From Octopus sinensis (Eukaryota): a stretch of DNA of 64,000 nt. Shown piece by piece: positions 49,858 through 64,000 of the stretch; the first letter of the stretch is position 1; the number at the start of each line of letters is the position of its first letter. A model generated the notes under the pieces. That model was not told the origin of the DNA, made no database searches, and was given only the letters and a program-made list of their open reading frames with translations. The stretch lies in NCBI RefSeq assembly GCF_006345805.1, contig NC_043013.1:16430001-16494000 (forward strand), written 5' to 3'. Both the position numbers and the translations under genes were made by a program.

Positions 49858-50343
49858 CACAAACACATGTGTATATATACAAATACGCATACAAAACCCC
49901 TCTAAAACATGTTTACGAATTTTAATCTACTCCAATATTTTTATATTCAAGCTGTTCTTGGGATTAATAAAGAAAATTTAATTATAACCATAATTATATT
50001 GAGTCTTGTCATTCAAGCTGTTTTCTCACTTTTACCTTTCTTCAAAAATGCACGGCCCCTGGGAATTTCCTTGATAATCAACTACAAAAGCTACAAAACA
50101 TTTGTATTCTAGGCCCTAACGACTTCAGCTTCTCACTGCCGTTTTGTTGTTATATCTATTATTAGTAGTAATGTTAATGTTAGCATTATTAAGGCTATTA
50201 AGTCATAGAAGCGTTAGCCCGTCAGGAGCTCTTCGTCCTTTTGGGATCGATGAATTGATTACCAGTAAAGCATGGGGATCGATATAGACTACTGTCCTCC
50301 TCAATAATTTCGGGCCTTGTGCCTATAGTAGAAAGGATTGTTG

Positions 50344-51149
<806 letters not shown>

Positions 51150-51353
51150 TGAGAGAGCAGTGCATGTCATCAAAGTGACACTAGGGTAGAATATATGAAG
51201 CCCAGTATACTCGGGAAAACAAGAAATCATCTCAGTTCCTATTTTTTAAATATGTCAGAATCCGACACAATAAGAATAATAATAGTGAAAATAATAACAG
51301 CAACGACGATGACGACAAGAGCAGTAGTGACAATGTGAACAGCAGCAACAGCA

Positions 51354-51720
51354 GGAGGCGCAATGGCCCAGTGGTCAAGGCAGCGGGCTCGCGGTCGGAG
51401 GATCGCGGTTTCGATTCCCAGACCGGGCGTTGTGTGTGTTTATTGAGCGAAAACACCTAAAGCTCCACGAGGCTCCGGCAGGGAGTGGTGGCGACCCCTG
51501 TTGTACTCTTTCGCGCCAACTTTCTCTCACTCTTTCTTCCTGTTTCTTGTCCCCGACTTCCTACGCAACCGCTGAGCCTGGATGCGCATTCATCCATCCG
51601 TCGATGCTCTCGGCGTTGGGGGGTTGACCTGGTTTCTCTTTTGCGGGTCTTACGAATTGCAAAGGACCACGTTTCGGACTTCACCCATCTTGCGAGCTCT
51701 GGGACGAAGACCGTTCGCTC
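51354..51720 (+). mobile_element. tRNA-derived SINE family 2, long tail; second copy at 2307-2673 (-)
   Basis: Head ggaggcgcaatggcccagtggt..gtttcgattccc, tail ...gaagaccgttcgctc. Flanked by (CAA/CAG)n. Confidence 0.85.
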
Positions 51721-51729
51721 AACAGCAAC

Positions 51730-54700
51730 TGCAGCAGCACGAATGGTACAAATAACAATAATAGCAATTGTATCAACAACATGAACAAGATCGAAAACAA
51801 CAAAGGCAACATGAACAACATGAGTAAAAACAACAACGGCGAATCGAACACTACAGTTATCAATGGTGACCGCAGTGGCTACAACAACAAAAACAACAAC
51901 AGTAGCAGCAACAACGATAGCATAAACAACCACAACAACGCTATATCTTTTTCGAAGGCAGTTAACCAGTGCACCGAGCGTTCGGTTCAAGATTTGAAAA
52001 AATAAATCACTCAAATACAAAAGTGACATTTCGTATCCTTGTTGTGTGCCTCAAGAGGAAGGGGGAAAAAGCCTCCGAATGACTTACGATTGTCTACAAA
52101 TGTCTTTATTGCAGAGACCGAAAAATGCCTTCATGAGTGTGTGCCTCAGTGCTACACATATGCAAAGGTACGAGACAGCAGCTGCTATATGCAGCAGTGA
52201 GCAAGAAGCCATAAGAATGGCTGCTATATCTTGCAAGTCCCAGGCGTTAGTGATAATTCCTCATTACATGGGTAAAATGTTGACTCGAATTTGAGTCAAA
52301 GGCGTACTGGTTCACCGTGATCCAGTGAGAGTTTTAGCAATTCTGGAGGAGCGTGAGGAGATTGGAGGTGTGCCTCACAACTCAATAGGACTGGAATTCT
52401 TATGGAATTTCAGATACTACTTTATCCAGAGGAAATAAATCGCATTCCCGATTTTTTCTGCTTCGGGAAATGCGAACAGATGCCCGTTTATATAGAAGGG
52501 AAAATAACAAAGTGTTTTGTGTGTGGGAATACGAACCACGTCAAAGCCCCTTGGCTCGCAGCGGAGAAAGCACGAAGCTCTCCACAATTACTACCGAATC
52601 CTCAAGAAGCGAAAAAAACTACATCTGCCTCTTTCCTCCGACTCAGGCCTCACAAAAACAAAGACCTCGTTGACATTGCAACAAAAGGCCTCTGCCGGGG
52701 ATAAGAGAAAAACTGAATCTGAAGCAAACAGAGACCGACCCAAATTGAAGGCCCTGAAACATGACAGTAAAAAACTAAATCCCTTATAACCCCAATTAAA
52801 AAACAAATCAACACCAACATGAACACCTTCATCACAAGAAAAGCCATTTTACAAACACATTCATTCCATTCAACTGATTGAAGAAGTAATCAATAGCAAA
52901 AACATTGTAACAAGTGGAGAAGATTTTGCGGAACCCCTCCCGAAAACTCCATCGGACAGATATGGATACCTTTCTGGATTTGAAACAGAAATTCCTCCAG
53001 TGCCTTTAGATTGGAAGACGTGTATGCCCCGACAACTGTCGGTTTAGTGAGCGCCCCCACCAAAACAAAAACTTTCCAGAAAATCCCTGCCTCACTCCCT
53101 TCTCGATCAAAAATAAGACTGTGTCAACAGCCATCCCTGACGACCAAGTTTACGTAACTCCATTTCCTTCTCTCTGAGTTAAATGGCTACACTGAGAGTA
53201 GGCTGTGTAAGTGTTCGGGGCCTGAATTCGGTTTGGATAGCGGAGTCACTTGCTCAACGATCTCAAGTACCTTGATTTAGATGTGACAGCCATTAGTGAG
53301 ACAAGAATTTCCAGAAAGCATGCTCTAGCATGCATTTTCGAAGACTACGAGATATTCTCATCCTGTGATATGTCGGGAGCGGGTGGCGGTGTAGTAGAGT
53401 TATTCCGAAAATTCTTAGGTCTCAAAATAACGGCTGTCTTTTTGGACCCTGACGGAGGTTTGTGGTTCTAGACGTGAATGGCAGCAAAGGTGGTGCCTTT
53501 AGATTGGAAGCCGTGCATGCCCCGACAACTGTTGGAAAGACAGATCTCTTCAGGCTTCTAGAAGCATTCTTGGGAACATCTCGCACTTTAATACTAGTGA
53601 GGGACTGTGTGGATATTGTACATAGAAGAAGCGGAGGTAAAAGCCTCGAAAACCTACTCTGAAACTTTAAGCTGTCTGGCAGGTATCGACTGGATTTACC
53701 TGATATGCCAGTGTGGACATGGAGCAACCACAATGGGTCATCCAGATCGTATTTAGATAGAGTATTTGTTAGGTCTGCGGATAGGGATAGCATAGAGTGT
53801 CTCTACAATTCGAATTGGCCGGCTACACAGACCACAAATTTGTGATATGCACAGTCGATTTAGATAGAAGTCGTAGAGAGGGACCTGATTACTGAAAGTT
53901 AAACGCGTCCTTTCCAAAACGCAGAAACTACAGGGACCGGATTAGCGAACTAGTTAAGCGGCGGTTGACGAGGGCAATCGTCATCAACCGGTAGTGGACA
54001 GCCCTGAAGAGAGTGATTAGAGCAGAATCGATAGCATTTAGCAAAGAGTTGGCAATAGAAAGAAATTGATTAGAGGGAGAAACAGTTAGCAAACTAGAAG
54101 AAGCGATTAGTAAAGGCATCACAACTAACGCGTGAGCAGCGAGAATGGCTCTTGACCATATCTTTTTAGGTAAAACACGAAGGAAGTGTTGCCAGAGTTA
54201 AGGCACCTACGCTAAAACATGAAGGAACTAAACTGCCAGGTTTAGATTGTCTACCCTATGATTTCTAAGTATTCATGGCAGATTTGTTTGGCGACCTATT
54301 GGCAGACGTCCATCGCGACTGGCAAGATAACAGTAGAATTCTTAGTGTTGTTATTTAGGGTGCGGTGACACTGCTGAAGAAGGACGTCGACAGTGGGTAT
54401 GCGCTAGGGAAGTTTCGGCCCATAACTCTGCTGAACGCGGAGTTTAAGATTTTAGCCAAAGTGTTAACAAAAATTTAGGCGTTTGTCGTTGGTAGTCTAG
54501 TAGGGAAAGCACAAACATGCGCAATCCAAACAGGTCTATCCACGACAACCTCCATCTTATGCGATACATCATAGAGAGGGATGGGATTAAAGCTGGCTTC
54601 GATGGGCCCTGAACAATTTGGATCAATCGAAGGCATTCGATAGGGTCGACTTGGAAGCTATCCTTAAAGTGACCTGTTTTCAGAAACTGGATCGCTGCAA

Positions 54701-55660
54701 TACACAGCGGCACCTGCTCGGTGGTCAAAGTAAACGTTTATCATCGCATGTTCAGTCCGTTAGGGCTGCCTGCTGTCACCTCTTCTGTACGTGCTGACTC
54801 TCGAGCCACTGCTGAGGAAGATAGAACTATTGAGGGTCATCCCTATCGAACTGAGACACGGGAAGTAGTGACGGTATACACGGACGACGTCACCTTCATG
54901 TTGACCGACGCCTCCGAAGTGGAATCGGTCTGCTCCATTGTTAGGGAATATGAATCGGTTGCAGGGACCAAAATTAATGCCAAGTCGGTGGGATTACGAC
55001 TGGGCACCTGGGGAGGTAGGTCGATGCCGTGTGACGGTGTCGTCGAACGCTGGACCGACGGACCAGTTAAATTGCTCGGGATCTGGTTCGGTCCCGACTT
55101 CCACCTGAATAAGCTCTGGGATGAAGTGACGAACAGGGTGGCCGGACTTACCCAGGAGTGGGCAGAGAGAAAGCTATTCTTGAAAGGTAGGGTGGAGGTG
55201 ACGAATACCTACATCACCTCTGCCATCATTTATCGTTTGACCGTCGTGCATTACTCCATTTATTACTTGATCAATTTGAAGTGTCTCGTGTTCATTTTGT
55301 TCTGGAATGGAGGCATTCCAATAGTCAAGTGGTTGGTCTGCTGCCAGGTCCCTCTGCATGATGGCTTAGAAGTGCCGTGGCTTTTGATGTGCAGACATGC
55401 ACTCAGGTGAACGTGTATGGGCTTCGTTTGTAAAGCAGGTCTTTCCGCAACTCGTCTCTTTCACGGTGTTGCAGTTTTGAGTAAAGGATAAACCAAGACT
55501 GGGCGCCTGGCACCTATAATATCGCCAGGCACTCACTGTCCTCTACCAGTCGGGCAATAGGATCGGTGGATATTCCACTTTAGCTACATAAAGATTAGTG
55601 GTAGGAAAGTATGATGACGTGTTCGGAGTGACTCCGGACGTCGTGAAAGTTGAACTGGCT
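51730..55660 (+). mobile_element. Near full-length, heavily decayed Tx1/L1-clade LINE
   Basis: Asn-rich leader, ORF1 knuckle KCFVCGNTNH (about 52510), AP endonuclease LDVTAISETRI (about 53280), RT segments RSIHDNLHLMRYIIE and YTDD (54877), and post-RT LLGIWFGPD...LKGRVEV. Many stops and frameshifts. Confidence 0.85.
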
Positions 55661-56229
55661 AATTGAAAGTCTTCACGACAGAATACCTGTAACTATTTTA
55701 TGACTACTATTGCGCACTTATCTATGCCAAGTTCCATACAGATATCTTTGCTGAAGACCCTTAGAGTCTGTATTAAGAAATCTATCCCTGTTTATATATA
55801 TATATGTTATTCTTATTAAAACTTTCAGCTCATCCATTTTGAGCAAATGGTTGATTTTTCCTTTATTATCTCTAAACTTTTACTTTTCTTAATACAAAAC
55901 TGTTGGGGTGTATTAAAAATAACACAAATTTTAAAGGAGATTACGAGTCTCTGCGGAAACTTCCTGCCTTGATATTAACTTTCCCCAAAGCTGTATCATC
56001 TAAGTCAGTTTTCCGTTCTTTATTGGTAATGTTATTTTTCTTGTAGGGTCTTCTTTTGGTTGAACTCTATCACTCATGTTGTTTGGCTGTTCTACTTCTT
56101 GTTCCTTCTTTTTTAGTTCTCATGCGATCTCTTCTACCTGCAGTTCTGTTACCCACTTTTTTTCTTCTAATAGCATTAGGGTAGTGGTGCAGGGCTACTT
56201 GGAAACTGAACACAAGTAATAATCCAAAG

Positions 56230-56863
56230 GGGATTTTTTACTACAGTCATTGCATAAGCAGTGTTTAAGCAAGCGCCAGCTTCCGGAACCTGTTGCCAAA
56301 AATGGGCGTTTCGAAACAGGGTGACACTTGCGTCTGGTGGAATTATGGCGGGTTAATTCACTATAAATTCGTTCCAGACGGTTGAATGATCGATGCCATC
56401 CTGTACTCCGAGCATCTGGAGTGGATGTAGACTATTGTACATCAAAAATACCCGGCATTTATTACTTGAAAGTGATCTATTCTGCAGCAAAACAACGCAA
56501 GACCTCATACAGCTCGAACGACCCGGAATAATTTCCAGGAAATTGAGGTAAGCGAACTGATGCCACACACAACATATAGTCCGGACCTAGCTCGCTCGGA
56601 TTCTTACTTGCTCCGATCTATGTAACTCCTGTACTTGCGACGCTACATAAACCAAGAGGAGATCGAAGCTTCAGTAAAGGAGTTCTTCGCTTCAAGGGGC
56701 AAAAACTGGTATCAACATGGTATCAAAGAACTAGCAGAAAGGTGGCTTCATACAGTACAATACGATAGGCCATGTTTTGAATGCTAGGCTACTTTTGTTG
56801 TGACTTCATGAATAAAGCAAATAAGTTATCAAAATATTGCAAAACTTTTGACTCAACACGATA
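56230..56863 (+). mobile_element. Mariner transposase C-terminal remnant
   Basis: Translates to CVWWNYGGLIHY, QQNNARPHTA, YSPDLARSD and GIKELAERW with stops. A TIR-like end lies near 56850-56863. Confidence 0.85.
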
Positions 56864-57189
56864 TATATTGGCAATGGATAAGATGCTGTTTTTCGCTGTT
56901 AATCTACTGTTTAAAACATCACACCTTAAATTTTATTCTTTACTAGATGAAGAAATATAGGAATTATGCATTTGAGGATATACAATAGTAAGATTTATCT
57001 TTATATCGGATTTTATCCTTTATTAACCATTGACAGAGAAGAAAAAATTAAGGTTTGTTTTATACAGTTTCATATATTGGTGAAAATCAGCGGGCAAGGA
57101 CTGGTGCAAGGTATGTGCTTTGTGAATTGCTCTGAATAGCTCTCGGAGATATCACTCTTTGGGGAAATAAAAAATTATTTGATATCTTT

Positions 57190-57380
57190 TTATGTAATAC
57201 TACGCAATCACATGCTCAGGATGTAAAGAACATTATATAGGACAAGCTGGTGTATCCTTAAGACGATGCACAATTTTATAGATCACATATTGAAATATGA
57301 GCATACACACAAAAAAGAATCATGAACATTTGCAAGTGAGAAAGAGTCAAATTTTACCATTTTCCACCATATCTATTTCG
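57190..57380 (+). mobile_element. Penelope-like GIY-YIG endonuclease fragment
   Basis: YAITCSGCKEHYIGQAGVSLRR. Confidence 0.65.
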
Positions 57381-57772
57381 CGGCTACACAACACAACAGC
57401 AAAGCATCAACAAGAACATACCTGTAATTCTACTGTAAAATTTACTGAAGCCGCCATTAATACAACGGCTAGAGCCAATATCATTGTTTCCGCTGTCAAA
57501 ACCAAACGTGACAACTGAGCCTTCAACGAACAGACACTACGGTTGCATCTGCAACTAAAGCATCTCAACGAGAATCAGATGGAAACCAAATTTTAGTACT
57601 ATGTAAGTTTTGTAAAAGAAAAGTATTAACTTCTAGGAGTAAAATATTAATTCAGTTAAATTTCTCTTCATTTTATTTTTATTCTATTTCAGCTTGAAAA
57701 ACTCGGCTTTTGAAACTCCGGTATAAACAGGTAACATAATTTAAAGTTCTTAAAGCACTTACCTAATTCTGT

Positions 57773-57835
<63 letters not shown>

Positions 57836-57845
57836 ACACACACAC

Positions 57846-57877
<32 letters not shown>

Positions 57878-57933
57878 GTGTGTGTATATATGTATATGTA
57901 TATATATATGTATATATATAGAGAGAGAGAGAT

Positions 57934-57967
<34 letters not shown>

Positions 57968-57973
57968 CATATA

Positions 57974-58033
<60 letters not shown>

Positions 58034-58195
58034 TGTATGCATATGTTTTTATTCTTTTACTTATTTCAATCATTCGACTGCAGCCATACTGGAGCACCAC
58101 TCTATATATATATGAATGTGTGCTGCAAGATCTCTGATGTGAAATCGTTTATTGAAACAGATACTGCCGTATTTCAGGATGGTCATTTATTATTA

Positions 58196-58239
<44 letters not shown>

Positions 58240-58240
58240 T

Positions 58241-58312
<72 letters not shown>

Positions 58313-58854
58313 TTTTCATTATATATTCGTTCTTCAATCGTTTATTACTGTCCTTACTCTAATTCATGTCCATTGTCCTGAAATCTTCCGTCGCACATCT
58401 GTCACCTCTTCAGCGACAATTTTCGTTTCCGTGTGTGCTCTTGCTCTTCTTATTTCATTCTGTTCTTATATGATGCGTATCGTTATATACGTAAGTTTTT
58501 GGATTCGTGTTTGCTTGTGTGTGTGTGTGTGTGTGTATGTGTGTGTAATTGTTCTTAGTAGCACCATGACCTTCCCTCAGCCCAATGCCCTCCCCCGCTG
58601 TCGCTGCTGCTGTCGTAGGATACGACATTTGGTACAGTTCCTGTATCCCTCTGTGTGTTTGTGTGTTTGTTTACCAGCGCTGCTGCCATCGTGCTAGTTG
58701 TTGTTATTGCCATCGTTGTCACCGCTGTTGCTGTTGTCATTGTTAGTCATGTTGTGTGTCGAAAAATTTCCGGACAATGGACATGAGTTTGAATAGGAAC
58801 AATAAAAAACGAGTGAAGAACGAATATATAGTGCGTGCGTTTCTTTGGTTTTAT

Positions 58855-58946
<92 letters not shown>

Positions 58947-58973
58947 ATATGCATTTATAAATACATCATATAT

Positions 58974-59049
<76 letters not shown>

Positions 59050-59978
59050 GTGTTTTATGCAAAAAGGAAAGCTTTTGCGAGTGTATAAGCATGGAAAATT
59101 GCGTTTTACTGTAAAAATGAAAAAAAGTTATCCTAAAGTAAAGTTATTTGTGCAACGAACTGAACTTGAATGTTATTCGTTACTAAGTTTATTGTTACAA
59201 AGACGTTATATTGAAAAGTTGTCGTCAAGATCCGAATATATTTCTTGAATATTCTTGTTATACAATACTATAGGTCATTCATCTCCACAGAAACATTTTT
59301 GAACGGTAGAAAATATTTGATGACAATACTTCAAAATACAAATTCAGTTAATTGTTTTTATTATTCCGTCCCCTTCTTATTCTCCCAACCAAAAGATCAA
59401 ACATTTCGTCTTATTTTGTATCCAGGAAGGATAATCAAGTAACAAAGGGATTCCGTTGTGAGTATGATAACTTAATATCAGATTCTTAATATCAGATTAG
59501 GTATTATGTTGTTGGCAGAGTTAAAACTTTGACAAGCGGTTCACTTAAGGGTATAAAATCCTACGCTATTAAATTAAATTTCCGTCACGTGTTATTCATA
59601 ATCAATACCACCAGCTATTTTTAACCTTTGGTTTTCAGATAATATATAATTAATTTAATTCTCTTTCAGAGTAACGAATGGTGTGAGAAGAGATTCGAAA
59701 TACTCTTCTCTTTTGTGTGTGTGTGGGGGGGGGGTGTATAAACAACTTATAAACAAGGGCAAAAGAAAAAAATTCTAATGCCAAATATGCCGAAAATAGA
59801 CAAATTGTCAATAACCATATAATTTATCACTATAAGCACGCGTCTCGAAGCAAGCCGACAGAAATTTCAAAAAAATTCCGTTATTATCGTATCGGTCCCA
59901 ATTTCAGAGTTAATTTATAAGAATTTTCTCCTCGTCAGCGATAAATATGTAAGAAATAAAAAAAATACTTACTCATAC

Positions 59979-60026
<48 letters not shown>

Positions 60027-60439
60027 AAAATGGGGAAGGCCAGTTTATGGGATTACCTTAGGTTTCCTGTCAATAAAAGGTTTAGCTTTATGGTGTATCG
60101 TCAGATCCCAAATACTTGTTAGCCCATGACCACTTCACACACACACACACACACACATATATATACATACATTTTCGCAGTGCATGTTTTCTATCATTTA
60201 TTGAGATGGAAAGGAAGGCAGAACAATACAGTTGTGATTGGCTTCATACATACATCGTTATTGTAATAACAGATCCTACGTTTGGCACGGTTCCTACTAT
60301 TTATTATTCCTTAGTATCTCTCTAAAATTATAGTTACAGCTACTAATATATAAAGAAAAAAATTAGCCTGTTGGTTTCATTATTTATCTTATTATCTCCA
60401 TTTCAGAATTGAGACAATTCAAAATACTCAAAACACAAG

Positions 60440-61354
60440 ATGGAAGATTTACAAGTGACTCTAGATTATAACTACGACTACGATTATACCCCAAAATTTT
60501 CAGTCTTCGGAGATAATATATTCGGGCGGTCGAATATAATTTTGTGTGTCTCGATCATTCTAGTTATCCTGACCAATGCATTTCTAATGATCGCCATTTT
60601 CCTAGATCGTAAATCTCACGGGAAAACGCGCTCTCTATCATTGCTGAACTATATGTTGAACTATGCATTGTTTACCTTGTTCGTTTATTTTCAGAATATA
60701 CATCTCCAGCTATTCCTATATTTCCCAACTTCAGCTTGTGCATTTATATTTATGACTCATAGTGTTCTAGATGAAGGGTCTAAATATTTCTTATTCCCTA
60801 TTTGCTGTGATTTTATCGTGAAATACTTTCAACCAAGCAAATATGGAAATCGGAAGTTTTTAATTATCCAGTACGCAGTGACAGGGATTTTGTGGGCCTT
60901 TCTCTGGGTAAAAGGATTGGTAATGTTTCTGGCATGTTCCGTTTTTAGTCCGGAGAGATGCAATATTAGTATAAATAGTAATTTCATAACAATCATGGCT
61001 ACATTCTCAATATTGATGATAACAATGCTAGTGTATATAGGCTTGTTGATCTATATTGCTATCAAAGGTAGACAATGTGAGATGATGAAATCGCCTTTAA
61101 GAACATTAATTATTGTTGTTATTTTGGCTTTCATTTCTTATCTTCAACAAAACTTATTTGAACTGGGAGTTTTTCCCTCATTCGATGATCAGACGTTCCT
61201 CATTTATCGTTACTCTCATTTTGTCAGCTTCCTGGTGATGTCGTTTTTGTGGATTCTTGATGCCACAATAAGACAAAGTGCACGGAAATTATGCTCAAAA
61301 AAATGTAAAGAATCTACAGATCACTCGTCACATGATATAACTGAACTAAACTAA
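60440..61354 (+). CDS. Divergent class A-like 7TM receptor, paralogue 4 (304 aa)
   Basis: Intact ORF with the same family motifs, closest to paralogue 3 ([24 protein letters not shown]). Acceptor ctccatttcag ends at 60406. Confidence 0.9.
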   Translation: MEDLQVTLDYNYDYDYTPKFSVFGDNIFGRSNIILCVSIILVILTNAFLMIAIFLDRKSHGKTRSLSLLNYMLNYALFTLFVYFQNIHLQLFLYFPTSACAFIFMTHSVLDEGSKYFLFPICCDFIVKYFQPSKYGNRKFLIIQYAVTGILWAFLWVKGLVMFLACSVFSPERCNISINSNFITIMATFSILMITMLVYIGLLIYIAIKGRQCEMMKSPLRTLIIVVILAFISYLQQNLFELGVFPSFDDQTFLIYRYSHFVSFLVMSFLWILDATIRQSARKLCSKKCKESTDHSSHDITELN

Positions 61355-61415
61355 TTATATATAGTCATGTAAAAATAGTATATATATATATATACATACA
61401 TTCATACATATAGAC

Positions 61416-61452
<37 letters not shown>

Positions 61453-61546
61453 ATCCAAACAAGAAAGCACAAAGAAACACAACAACGCGAGGACATGGAA
61501 CAAATATAGTATTATTGGACGCTCAGGAAAGAAGGAAAGAATGAGG

Positions 61547-61581
61547 GTTTAACGTTTCGAGCGGAGCTCTTCGTCGGAAAC
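61547..61581 (-). ncRNA. Minimal type I hammerhead motif in a Penelope-like LTR fragment (about 61450-61648)
   Basis: Minus strand reads gttt-CCGACGA-a-gagc-tcc-gctc-GAAAC-GTT-aaac. Loop-less palindromic stem III (aacgtt), as in PLE minimal hammerheads. The fragment sits between (TA)n arrays. Confidence 0.65.
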
Positions 61582-61643
61582 ATAGGAGAAGGAAAGATCC
61601 CGAGAAGGGAAGACAGAGGAAAAAAAATTGGCAGCGGTACTCA

Positions 61644-61688
<45 letters not shown>

Positions 61689-61731
61689 AATATATATATA
61701 TATTGACTAAAATTATGTGAAACTATATGTA

Positions 61732-63001
61732 CGAGGGGCGTTCAATAAGTAATGCCCCTGACCCACTTGCAGTTGTTTGATCTAACTGAAATTTTGCATG
61801 TGCACTTATTTATACCTCTATGGATTAAGTAGCGAATTACAGCTCTGAACTAAATGTGGTTTCTAATTTACAGGTGTTTGAACTGAGTCAAGTGTGAAAT
61901 GGAGCCTGTTGAGTGTCGAGCAGTGATCTGGTTTTTGTATTTGAAAGGACGCATACCACGGGACACTTTTGATGAAATGAAAGTAACTTATGGTGATGAT
62001 GCCCCATCATATGACCTTGTAAAACGCTGGCATTGTGAATTCAAACATAGTCGGAACTCTGTGGAAACAGCTCCCAGATCTGGTCGCCCCCTTCTGCCGT
62101 TGATGAGACGTCTGTCCGTCAAGTTGAGGCTGCCATTTTGGAAGGTCAACGCATAACTATTCGCCAAATAGCCCATAAGGTCAAGATTAGTACCGGGTCT
62201 GTGGAAACTATCATTCATGACCATTTGCATATGCAAAAGGTATCTGCCAGATGGATTTCCAGGTTGCTCACACCTTGCCAGAAGCAAGAACGCGTTGAGT
62301 GCTCTAGGATGAATTTGGAGATGTGCCAAGAAGATGAGTCAAAATTTTTCAAAAGACTGATCACACAGGATAAAACCTGGGTCCATCACTATGATCCATA
62401 GACCAAAGCCCAGTCAATGCAGTGAAAGCACCGTGACTCACCTCCTCCAAAGAAGGCAAGAGTGCAGCCCTCCGCTGACAAGGTTATGCTCACAGTCTTC
62501 TGGGACCAGGACGGAGTAGTGATGACAGATTTCCTGGCAAAGGGTACCACAATTACAAGAGCCTATTATGCTTCACTTTTGAGGAAATTAAGAGAAGCTA
62601 TCAAAATCAAGAGGCGGGGCAAGATCAGCAAAGGCATCCTCCTCCTGCAGGACAACGCTCCAGTCCACAACTCGCGTGTCGCCAGATCAGAAGCACAGGC
62701 GTGCAGCTATGAACTCCTCCCCTTGAACCCTCTGATTTTCACCTCTTCCCAGCCATGAAGTTGTTTTTTAAAGGAAAGCGTTTCCCAGATGATGCAGCCT
62801 TGATTTCTGAAGTCACGTCGTGGTTGGAGGACCAAGCTGGGATCTTCTACAAAAACGGTATCCAGAGCTGTATCAAACGATGGGAGAAATGCATAACTCT
62901 AGGTAGTTCCTATGTAGGAAAAGACTAATAACTGTGCCAAGTGTCGTTGCTCTACTGCTATGGGAAGTAGGTCAGGGGCATTACTTATTGAACGCCCCTC
63001 G
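61732..63001 (+). mobile_element. Full-length mariner (DD34D-type) transposon, transposase inactivated
   Basis: Perfect 32-bp TIRs (cgaggggcgttcaataagtaatgcccctgacc) and TA on both sides. Transposase from 61899 contains TQDKTWVHHYDP, QDNAPVH and PSDFHLF, with frameshifts, stops and a deletion through the YSPDLAP motif. Confidence 0.95.
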
Positions 63002-63189
63002 TATGTATATATATATATATATTTAAGTAGTTGAATGAATTATCTTATTAAGGATAATTCGAATTAACCGATACCTGGGTAGCAAATTCACATCAGAAAA
63101 AACACGGTTGAAGTTACGTGCCTAGGGCATAGATTACGTGCTTTCGTGTGGGAATTAGTATGTTTATTTTAAAACATACAAATATAAAA

Positions 63190-63258
<69 letters not shown>

Positions 63259-63684
63259 CATGCGTATACATATATATATAGATACATATACATACATACA
63301 AGCGTGTAAGTATGTATGTACGTAAGTTTGTATGCATGTATGTATGTTTGTATGTATGCATGTATGTATGTGAAACAGTACGAAACTATGCTGCTATTTG
63401 AAATTGATATGCGCCGAGGGAATTCAGCGCAACTAGACTGGGTACAATCTTTGGTGACACTCATTATCTAATAAAAATTAGTTATATTTGCGCATACCTG
63501 AAATTTCTTATTGTTTGTTGGTTTTCCTTTTTGATTTTTTTTTTGTTTTGATTTTGATTTTAGAGTGCATCATACATACACGTGCAAACATGTTCTCATG
63601 TAAATACCTACATGCATATATATGAGTGCATTATACCATGCGGAAATACGTATATGCATATACATGTATATATGTGCATATATG

Positions 63685-63783
<99 letters not shown>

Positions 63784-63839
63784 CAGATTCTCTCTATTTT
63801 GTGTTTGTTTGTCCCATAAAAATAAAAGCAAGTGATTCA

Positions 63840-64000
63840 ATGGAGGCAACACTAGTTGTGCACAAGCCTATGCCGAACTGCATTGAAGCGAATATTCTCA
63901 CTGGTTGTGGTGAATGTAACATCGCCATCGTTCCTCGCATACCAGTTATAACATCTAATGTCTCATTAAAATTTGAGCCCTTTCAATTTCCTATCCCACT
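63840..64000 (+). mobile_element. Helitron helicase fragment running off the window
   Basis: Translates to [48 protein letters not shown], resembling the Helitron NGTRL...IPRIP...QFP segment. Confidence 0.75.

Noticed and set aside
51354-51430. tRNA-like sequences with A and B boxes (also 2600-2673, 13780-13860, 14382-14460, 43600-43677)
   Set aside because: They are SINE heads continuous with SINE bodies and TSDs, with no complete cloverleaf supported.

Overview
Repeat-dense, AT-rich animal genomic DNA. It is inferred to be octopus or another coleoid cephalopod from its tRNA-derived SINE families and microsatellite load; this was not verified by a database search. The only convincing host genes are four intact, co-oriented, single-coding-exon paralogues of a compact (295-307 aa) and strongly divergent class A-like 7TM receptor family (17473, 37612, 46801, 60440; all +). 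Each has a splice acceptor 26-33 nt before its ATG. The rest is transposon debris: R4/Dong-like RLE LINE pieces stacked in (TAA)n, Tx1-like LINEs (one near full length), RTE, CR1-group and Penelope-like fragments, Helitron helicase remnants, one complete Chapaev3-like element (TIRs and TSD), one complete mariner plus a second remnant, and several modular SINE families. Invisible to the ORF track, hand-folding reveals at least five type I hammerhead ribozyme motifs (9736, 30516, 33573, 34594, 61547) and a decayed 259-bp tandem unit carrying two further degenerate hammerheads (retrozyme-like). A 432-bp-arm foldback and a SINE tail shared with a Tx1-like LINE were also found. Nearly all short ORFs in the track are microsatellite or antisense-TE artefacts.
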